A DNA stretch of 64,000 nt from Klebsormidium nitens (taxonomy: Eukaryota > Plantae > Klebsormidiophyceae), in NCBI GenBank assembly GCA_000708835.1, contig DF237071.1, positions 121,945 through 185,944 on the forward strand, given 5' to 3'. Within the stretch, counting starts at the first letter, position 1, and each line of letters starts with the position of its first letter. The notes under the pieces were generated by a model, which worked only from the letters and a program-made list of their open reading frames with translations, ran no database searches and was not told where the DNA came from. A program made the translations under genes and the position numbers. Positions 50,001 through 59,175 of this stretch are shown piece by piece.

Positions 50001-53000
50001 ACGAAAACGTTGCTTGTGTACAGTTACACTGCCGACGTCATCCGTATCAACGAAGCGTCAGCACTCACCTTGCCCAGCCACTTGCGCAGCCGCCCCTGCC
50101 ACGGCGCCTCCCCGTCGCCCCGCCGCCGGTTGTTCTTCGTGTCTGTGATCGTGTCCAGCATGAATCGCACCCGTTTGCTCAGCCCTGGGTCGGCCCCCTC
50201 TTTCGCTGACGTCACCCCTCCCGCCGCTGACGTCACCCTCTCGGCCGCGGCCCGGAACGACTCCGCCGCTTTCTCGCCCAGGTCCCCGAGGGGTTTGGCC
50301 TTTTTCTCCGGGGCTTCCAGAGGAACTAGAGCGGCGGTTTCTTGGGCGGTTCGTCTTTGGACGGCCAGGACGAAGTCTTTCATTCGGACGGGGTCGTCGG
50401 ACCGGAGGGCGAGCCCGCAGGCCTGGAGCAGGTGTGCGATGGTCGCCACGTCGAGCTCGTGGAAGCGAGCGAGAAGGTGGTGCAGGAACTCGTAGAGAAA
50501 CGGGCTGCAGAAAACGGTCAAAGAAATCCGCAAAAATGGGGTTTTGAGGGTCTAGAAGGGCTTTACCGAAGGGGTTTGAATCATGCTTAAAAATGTCTTC
50601 ATAAATTTATGATGGTCGCCACGTCGAGCTCGTGGAAGCGGGCGAGAAGATGGTGCAGGAACTCGTACAGAAAGGGGCTGCGGGACAAGGGTTTAGCGCA
50701 GGATTAGGAGTAGTTTACAAGAGAATATGAGGGCTTTTAGAAGGTGAGGAGGGCGAGCCCGCCGGTCTGGAGCAGGTGTGCGATGGTCGCCACGTCGAGA
50801 TCGTGGAAGCGCGCGAGAAGGTGGTGCAGGAACTCGTACAGAAAGGGGCTGCGGGGACAAGGATTAGCTAAAATTTGGGGATAGTCGGCAACCCAAAGAG
50901 AGGGCTCTTTGGGAGAATTCCACTGGAAGGCGGCGAACTCGCAGGGCTGTACAGGCAAAGATGGTCGCTGCGTCGAGCTCGTGGAAGCGGGGCAAGACGG
51001 TGTTCAGGAGCCCGTACAGGAGCTGTCGTCTACATCAACCTGGCAACGATGAGCAAGGAGGTAAGGAAAAGTCGTAAAAAAAAGCGATATGAAACGGATA
51101 GTTGAAATAACTCAGGGGTGGCTTCGCAGGGAATCGAAGATTTCAAATAAAGGACTGCGACAAAGAAGTTGGACATCGATCAAGCGAAAAGAGTTCGAGA
51201 AGCTTCGACGACTTCAAAAGTGTGCTCTAAAATCAAAAGATCGATGAACGGGGCCGGCGCGATGTAGAGGGATTTCGCTATGATTGAAGATGCGAGAAAA
51301 GGGCTTGAGGTGAAATCTGAACAACTGAAAAGAAGACCAGCCGCCGAGCTTTGGAAGTCTTACCTCGCAAGCAGCTGGAAGTTGTATAGATGCGCCAGCA
51401 CTAACGCAAGATTCCGACACGCCAGGCTATCTCTCCTTTTGTACTGCTCCTCAAAGCTGACCACGAGCGCCCCCAAAAAGTTGGCCCCAATCTCCACGCC
51501 AACCGACGCCGCGAGCCCCGCAATGAATGCGGCGAAGACAGCGGCGTACTGGTCGTTTCCGCGGGGACCACTTATGAGCGAGCCTAAAATTTCTTCCTTG
51601 ATGGATTCCATAACGGAATGTCGTGCGTGTGCCTGGAAGGAAAATCCTCATATTTGAGCGTTTAGGTATTTGAGGAGTCTCCTTCTTTGAATGAACGAGA
51701 CTTAAAAGAAGGCACCCAAACCGTGGTTTCTCACGAGAGCGCCAAGGATTTCTTCCTTGACGGAACCTTTGACAGAGGGCTGCGCGTGGGCCTGAGAAGG
51801 GAAAAGCTTATGCTTGAGCATTACAATTTGACTTCTGTTCCCGAAACCTTCCTCGTTCAAAGGAACGCGGAATGCACTTGACCCGTGAGTTGCTTGAAGC
51901 ACGCCAAGGCTTCCGTGATAGAGAGAGTGCCGTGGGGTGGGCCGGAGATAACAACAGCAATCTTCGGGCATTCCGACCCCTTTGTCAGACTTCACGAAGT
52001 CGTTTTTGTACTAGAAAATCGTGTCGCTTAGGAAGAACAGGATGCGCACTGCAAGCAAGTCCGCAAAAGCTTTGCTTTGAAGACGCATGGATCTCTTTAA
52101 AAAGAAACACGTTTGAGACTTTCCTGATGTACTGTAGTACTGTACTTTCCCATCTGACGCAAATAAATTACACGGATACCTGTAGGGCATGACTCGTGTA
52201 CACGTTCTCGTGAGCAAACTTTGGGACTCTGTCCGAGCTTGAGCTTAGAAATACACTCGTTTCTAGTCTGCTTCAGAGTTGATTGTGGCAAGTGGCTCGC
52301 TGAGCCAGTAAAGTAGGGACAACTGAGGCAGTATGTAGAGACGATGTTTCCCACACAAGACCATCCCCAACCGATCCTCCTCCATATGGCATTGGGCCCT
52401 CAGCCAGAGAAACAAACCGTTCCACAATCTATATATCAAGACAATGTTTTGGCAACGAATCTTGGTTCCACTCTCCAAAAATTCCGTTCCAGCTAATCAA
52501 TCAAAATCGGGTTCAGCTTGTGGGTCGCACCGAAGCGAACGAGAACCGAACCGACAACCACTCCTCACCTGGAAAATAAGCACCATCTCACTCGCGATCG
52601 ATTCCACGTTTGCCTCCGTCAGCCTATTCAGCAGCCCCCTGATCCTCCGCTGCAACCGAACCATCTCCTCACTCAGAGGCCCCTGCGCCGCCGCCCGCAA
52701 ATGGGGGGGCACGTACTTGACTGCCGCCGAGCCTTCCGGACCCCCCTGTTTCGGCCGCCCGAAAATGTCGGTTTCGATCGGCTCTTCCTCGGCGCTCTCT
52801 TCCCTCCCGCTTGGACTCGGGCCCAAATCTTCGTCTCCTGGACTTTCGGAACCGCTCTCTTCTTCTTGGTCCAAATCGTGGTCCGAATCCGTGTCCAAAT
52901 CTTGGTCCAAGTCGTCGTCCGGATTCTTGGAACTTGCTCCGCCGTCCGAAGCCCCTTCCCCGTCCCCAACAAGCCCGTCGCTTCTTTCATCAGCCTCTTC

Positions 53001-54809
53001 CTTTTTTCCGCCTTTGCTGCCTGATTGCTTCCGCTTCTTAGCAACCTCCCCTTTTCCCTCCTCTTCCTCGTCCGAGTCCAGGTCAAAGTCCGCTTCCCCC
53101 TCAGAACCATCGCTCTCGCTCGCCTCCCCAAACAAGCCCCCAAACTCCCCCTCGTCACTACCCTCCGACCCCCCGGATTCGGACGCAGATTCCTCATCCG
53201 TACCCTCTTCCTCTTCCTGTCCCCCATAATCTTTGAGCCCCCCCAAGAGGACGTCGAACCCGTCTTGCGGCCCCTTGATTTTGCCGTCCTTCAATTTGAG
53301 TTTCTTTGCTAGGCGCCGCTCTAGTTCGATGTCTGCGGCCGCTGCGCCGCCCCCCGCTTTCTTCTCCATTGAAAGCAGCTCTTCGAACTTGGTGCGGGGG
53401 GCATCGACTGCAATTAGAAAGATGTGCTAACTTCAGCTTTCCTGTGGATCCCAAGTGCGTAACTTAAGCTGAAGTTCAACTCAGATGAATAGTCTCTGTA
53501 GGAGGGACGAGCGATGCCATGACAATGTCTTTGGTCTATCAGAAAGAAGGTAATCAACCAGCCATTCACTGACTTTGAATCGAAACGTCGACTTACACAT
53601 TTTAGCCGAGCAGTATATTTATACCAACTTGCTTATTGTCACTCTAAGGCAAGGTTCCTTTGCTGAGGAGATTGGCTCTTCTAACAAGTTAAACTATAAG
53701 CAGTAACCACCACCAATTCAACAACCATACTTACGTCTTACTCCTTAACGTGGGCGTCAGGGTTTGCCCAACGTCAGTCGCTAACTCCGCCAGCATCAAT
53801 ATTTTCAACGATCTGGGTTTTATGAGGCAGTCCTATGAGGGTCATGACACCGTCCGATCGGGTTTGTCCATGCATGGTCTACGCCCATTTTGGTTCCACA
53901 GCCAGATTACAAACGAGCCAGCCAGCAATCCTACTTTCTAAAGTTGCGTAGTTGGAGGGGTCAAACGCCCACCTGCCCGCCTTCTCTTCTTTGATACCTC
54001 CGGCCGACGAGCATCATCCTTTTGTGCCCTTCCCCCAGAAACATTTTTCCGGCCTCGCTGCTGCTGCCCCCGCTGTCCGTTTACCCCCTGTTAACAATCA
54101 CAATCAATACTTACACCACTTATTGTGGTGTGCAATCCACCCAATTATGTCTGATAGAACCTAGGTGCAGCAGAGATCGACGATAACTTACGGAGAGATC
54201 ACAACTGCAAGTTGCACAACCCTTGCAGCTCGCACAACATTGAAGAGTCGTCAAAGACAGACCGGCCAAAACACTTGCGCCGCTAGCTTACCACCATCTC
54301 ATCGATGAATGCTTAAGTAGACCGCGTATAAGAGCCACGGCTTCTCACGAGCGCCACCTTTTCTAACGAGAATCATTATTAACCTGGAAGAGCATGCTGT
54401 CAACATTTTGAGCAAGACATGCCTATCTACCGAGCCACTCGACCATAAGCTAACACCGCCACCAGAGGAATCTTCTCACGTTCTGCCTGGCACAAGCTCC
54501 ACCTCCTCCGTCTCGTATCGTATCCTTCTATCATATCCCGGTGTCAAATACTCCTGATTATGAGCACATACTCGTCTGCTGATGTGCTTTTCTTACCTGC
54601 TCCTGCTGCCGTCTCCGCACCTTCTCGTCCTTCTCAAATTTCCTCCTCTCGCGGTGGTTGAGCTTCCCGCCGCTAGTTTCCCTCCTCGCAGACCCCCCCG
54701 ATCCATCCTCAGCTGTCTGCGCAGCAATCTGCTTCCTCAGAACGGACGGCAGCTGTGGGCCCGAGCGAGACTGCTGCTTCGGTCGGCCCTTCTTCCCACG
54801 GAATGCCAT
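47072..54809 (-). CDS. NOM1: Nucleolar MIF4G/MA3-domain protein (NOM1/Sgd1), 913 aa
   Basis: Exons 54809-54597, 54087-53973, 53407-52569, 51632-51364, 50504-50069, 49224-48827, 48537-48378, 47383-47072; 2742 nt; intron 7 is GC-AG. Motifs KYVPPHLR, GLLNRLTEAN, LRSDDP, RVRFML, KGLWW, RMNTDVRRSIFCIIMSGEDY, CCMQE, FTLQYCVWD and NLARF, plus an acidic N-terminal tract. Confidence 0.93.
47410..47522. repeat. 16-bp minisatellite, about 7 units (ttaagaggttgattat), in NOM1 intron 7
   Basis: Units read directly from the sequence; the array lies between the real acceptor (47384) and a duplicated acceptor (47544). Confidence 0.9.
48780..48821. repeat. 7-bp repeat, 6 units (RCGGAAA), just inside the NOM1 intron 6 donor
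   Basis: gcggaaa gcggcaa acggaaa gcggaaa acggaaa gcggaag. Confidence 0.8.
50420..51030 (-). repeat. Four-unit tandem array (~172-bp period) of acceptor plus 5' part of NOM1 exon 5
   Basis: Copies start after an AG at about 51022, 50848, 50677 and 50504 (the real exon). They encode LLYGLLNTVLPRFHELDAATI, PFLYEFLHHLLARFHDLDVATIAHLLQ, PFLYEFLHHLLARFHELDVATI and the true exon. Confidence 0.9.
51720..51800 (-). repeat. Degenerate duplicated acceptor plus start of NOM1 exon 4
   Basis: cag|AHAQPSVKGSVKEEILGALV at 51791 vs real cag|AHARHSVMESIKEEILGSLI at 51632. Confidence 0.75.
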
Positions 54810-55869
54810 GTTTCTAATCCCCACTTCTCTACAGAATCTCCTCGCACCACTGCTAAGAATGAAGCACTGAGAACTTACTGAAGAGGCATTCTTCCTTCAG
54901 CCATGATGATAATGATGATGATGCGGTGGTGGTTTGAGGATGGAACCCTGCTGAAAAATGTGCATCATGCTGATTCATGCATGATCTTTGAGCGCTTGTC
55001 AGAGTGAGACAGAGAGTCTGTGACCCAGCCGCAAGCTGACTGCCCCCAATGACTTTCAGCGACGTACAGATCACGGGTACGAGCTTGCTTGTCGCCGTTA
55101 TTTTGCAGCTGCGTGCCTTTTGCGAGCGACTGCGAAAGCGAAAGTTCGGGAATCCGGTCGCCCTATCCTGGCTGAAGCCTGAAGGCTGAAGCAGTGAAGG
55201 GAACCCTCCCCGTTCGGCAATATCTTCCAATATCGTAAAGAACCCCAAGCTAATTGAGCTTCTAGAAGAAACGTCCCGGCGCTTCCGGAAACGGCATTAT
55301 TCCCTAGGCTATGACGAGCGTTAACGGTCCGTAGGAGCGCCGCTGCGTGGCTCCCAAAATCCTTTTGAGGTTCTTTTTCGCTTCCAAAAGCGAGAGAAAT
55401 TGTACGGACTTTGACTCTGAGGACGGGAGACGAGAGAGGAGGTTGCAGAGCTTCAACTTCAAGTTCCAGATCTGAGACAGTAGTGAGAGGACGGAAAGAC
55501 AGCAGCATCTGCGAGTAGGTACAGTACATCGGTTGATGGCAGTTTGTTGATGCATTCATTTCAATTCCAGATTGCGAGATTGCAACCGCATCTTCTTTTA
55601 TCTACAAGGCCCGGAGAACGGAGAGGGCACAAAGGGGGAGTGCGCGCTGATCGCTTTGATTTGCAAGCATGGCCGCCCCTACGCAGGTTTCTGTGAATGA
55701 GGACCTGGTCAAGCTTCTCGAAGGAGAAAAAACCAAACTCTTGCATATCCCCCCCTCGGGAAGTTTCCAGAAGAAGTACATGTTGCTGGAACGGATGGTT
55801 GGACTCACGAGGCAGTAAGAGGGTACCTTACAAAGTCCTTCAGATGTTGAATTGCTTCCTGGGGCTACA

Positions 55870-57692
55870 ATGGAGATGAAAAAGCTGTTTAAGAAATTGC
55901 TGGATGAGGTACTTAACCCTGCGTTTCTGCCGCAATGGGGCAGCGGGGGGCATGCGATCCTTGTGGCAATGCTGAAAGCCAGACAGGTGAGAAGCAGTTG
56001 GGATTGAGGGTTGGGCCTTTCTTGTTGTTTCGAGATGGATCAACAGGGATGAAACAACAGGGTTGATGTTCTTTCGAACAGGCTGCAGGCCAGACGGGCA
56101 CGAAGCAAATTGGTTTCAAAGTTGAGCAATGCTGCAATTCTGATACAAAAGAACGTCGTTTCTGGTCAGCTTTAGGTTGAAGGCCTGGCTGCCTCACATT
56201 GCATTTTTTTGGGAGGGGGGCAATGCACTCAGAACTTGATTCTTGCAATTATAAGTTTTGTGTATAGCCTTTCTCTGTTTTCAATCTCACTGTAGTCAGA
56301 TCATCACGATATGCTTCTAAGATTTCGATACTGGAATGCAAGGTTAGCAGGGGCTGACAGGAAGAATGCAAACACATATCATCCATGTATTGCAGTTACT
56401 GGTAACCTGCCTGGTTGACTGACCTGTTTACATTCTTTCCTGCAGCAAGGGAAGCTGGAAATGCCCATAGAACATATCAAAGAGGCTGCAGAGGCCACTC
56501 ATTTGTGCAAGCACAGCTTCTACAGCAAAGGGGGTCAAGCATGGAAGGCGATGTCAGAACTGGAAAGGGAGAAGCTGGTCGCCCGCAAGACTGGCGCAAG
56601 TGAGTTTAAAGAACCATACATTGCTTTTTGACATCTCCATTTTCCTTCTCCTATATTTGTTTGGTTCTTCATCAGCCTACGCCCTGACTTGGCTTAACGC
56701 AAATCTTTGCAAATCAGCTGTCGTATGTGATCTCTCGGCCTTGCTTTAGCACAGTCTTCTGTAGACTGCGCATTGTCTGAGCGTTTGCCTGCCAGTGTTT
56801 GGTTCAATGGACTCATACACATTTTCAGTTCTCCTGATTACACTCAAAGCTACAGTACAGCTGACTCCATTTCGTGCTTTTCCAGCCATCCGCCTCACAT
56901 CAAAGCGAGCTGTGTAGAGCATATTCCGCAGTGTTTTCCACGTTGTCAAAAGAATGTACATTGCAGTCTATGACAATCTTCTCTACCCTTTCTGACACGG
57001 TTGTGCGTTGATCTCTTGCAGTTTTGCACAAGCCCGGCTTGTACTTCACCAACGTGGCTGGGTCCCAGCACCAATTGCGGCTTAGTGCGAAAGGCGTCAA
57101 GGCTGCTGAAAGAATGTTATTCTTGTCGGGGCCAAACCAAGGGACTGCCCCTGTGGAGAGTCCCCCGCCCACTCAAACTGGTCAGAGTCAAGTTCCGGTT
57201 GCGCCTCCGGCTCCCATCAAGAAGCGGCCCAAGAAGAACAATGTGGTTAAGCCTTCCGGATTGCCTAGGCAAGTCAACCCAAGCATTGGTTGGAACTTGC
57301 GCAATTGGATGAACCAGGCAAAGAAACGCCCGCGAGTCACTGCTTTTGACAAGAGTGGCACGGGTCCAGTCTTTGAAAAAAACGTGGTCAGAAAGTTGTT
57401 CCTGGACGAGATCCAAGAAGATGTGAAAGGGCAAGCTAAGGTTGAGGTTAAAAAAGAGGTTAAGATTGAGAAAGAAGAGGGAATATCGTCCGAGTGGCCC
57501 AAGGTAGCCGCTCCTGGAACCTGGGCGCCTGTTAAGTTGGAGCAAGGCAACATGAGGGCTGGTGCAACCGTGAAGAAGGAAGGTAGCGTTATTGAGGGCA
57601 ACGTTGATTTGGGGTTCCTTGCTGCTCGCAACATGGGGCAGCCTTCTTGGGGTGACGTCAAGAACGTGCGAGTCAAGAAAGAGGCGATCTGA
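55870..57692 (+). CDS. 287-aa protein with a MUS81-type winged-helix-like domain and a basic low-complexity tail; no nuclease domain seen
   Basis: Exons 55870-55908, 56446-56599, 57022-57692 (GT-AG, phase-consistent, strong start context acaATGG). IKEAAEATHLC...AWKAMSELEREKLV...LRLSAKGVKAAER resembles the MUS81 WH pattern. NLS-like KKRPKK. Confidence 0.5.
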
Positions 57693-59175
57693 AAGCCGGG
57701 ACGCCTCGAAGCTCTTGGTAGGTCAATATACGCAGCTTGTTGGAAGGCCTTCAAGTAAGGACAGTGAACATCAAGGCGTGGCCCTTGGTAGCCTACTGTA
57801 CATACGGCTTTCGTTTTCCCGTGTGTTGGTTTGGTAACAAAAGCAGAGCTTGAAAGCAAAGTAGCGACTAGAAAGTTCAACTTTGCTTTTATGGCGCTCG
57901 ATTACTGTGTGTGGAAGCAGGGGCCAGGCGCAGAGATGCGGAATCGTTCGGGATTGACAGTAGTACCTACTTTTGTGTGTCTGTTTGTAAGTACTTCTAG
58001 CAAACAGGGGTGCCAATAAAAGTTTGCCACTTCGCTTATGTACAGCTAGCTTCGGAAGTGCAATCAATGTACGTTGAGAAAGTGTTGTATCTGAGGGGTT
58101 GAAGTACGCACGTACTACAATTAGCTTCAATCAAGAAAGCAGATTGCCCTCTTTAAGGGTCGTGCTAGCGTCAACCTAAACCTTCTCAGTTCGAGTCACC
58201 ATGAAACAGGCTAACCAGGGCTTCCAACATCAAGACAAGGAAATATTGAATTTCTGTAGTATGGAATCCGGAGCATTAAGCACGGTTCCTACGTGCTTGA
58301 TATAACCATTCTCCTTAGTACTTGGCTCAACATGGCGTGCTCATCATGAAAGTTCCTCCGAAGTGCAGACATGAAATGAATCGCTTGCGCCTGTCATAAT
58401 CATCTCTGTATATACTAATCATGGCTATGGTGCACAACCGTCGAGCTTGATCTGCTCGTCGATCAGTGGATCAGTACGTGGGATCACTGATCGTCCGACC
58501 GTACACTTGGTCTATCAAGTCGAGCAATGATGCACTGAGATTGCGTGCAATCATGGCTATCCGAGTGACACATGAGACGTGAGTCACTGTCACTTCCGAA
58601 TCAATCTGCTATATCATTGTCGCCGTGCGATCTCGCATGTACACGTCAACATGCGAGTCACTGGCATGGTGACTTGCACATGCCATTATCGACCTCCTGC
58701 TGCCTGGCAATGATACAGCCTGAGAGCCTGCACGTGCGTGGCAGCGCAAGTAGAAATCAGGAGTTAAGACCATATGTTCAATTCATTGCGACGGTCTGAA
58801 TTTGAGCACCCATCCTGATTATCACGCAATGAGGTCTCACCCTGCTTCGATCCTTGAGTGACTGTCCATTGTGCTGTATGCTATACGATCAGATCTCACC
58901 ACAGTTTGCGGTTTGATCGAACAAGTTGACGGTTCACGCTCGTATTCTACAAATTTAACCAACTTTGCGGCACGATTTACAATATCGTGCTGTACTTTAT
59001 TGGGTTCGCCGCCAGTAATTGCTTCAAGTCTAGAGACGCTGCATCCACAATCTGCTGCGAATGATGGTTCTTCTGAGAGACATACTCAATTGTTGTTAAG
59101 AAACCCGTTCTGAAACGTGGTCCGGCAGTCACTCCAGTGACCGCATCTGAAACGGTCCGCTTGCTCCCGACGGAA

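Noticed and set aside
47410-51030. Repeat arrays in NOM1 as a possible CRISPR
   Set aside because: Eukaryotic intron context; the 16-mers are head-to-tail with no spacers, the 172-bp units are exon copies, and no cas genes are present.
56446-56599. HMG-box-like reading of GQAWKAMSELEREK
   Set aside because: It lacks the first HMG helices, and the flanking exons fit a winged-helix pattern better.
58460-58493. 9-bp inverted repeat (cgatcagtg/cactgatcg) between convergent genes
   Set aside because: Short enough to arise by chance in this GATC-rich tract, and no Helitron-like end was identified.
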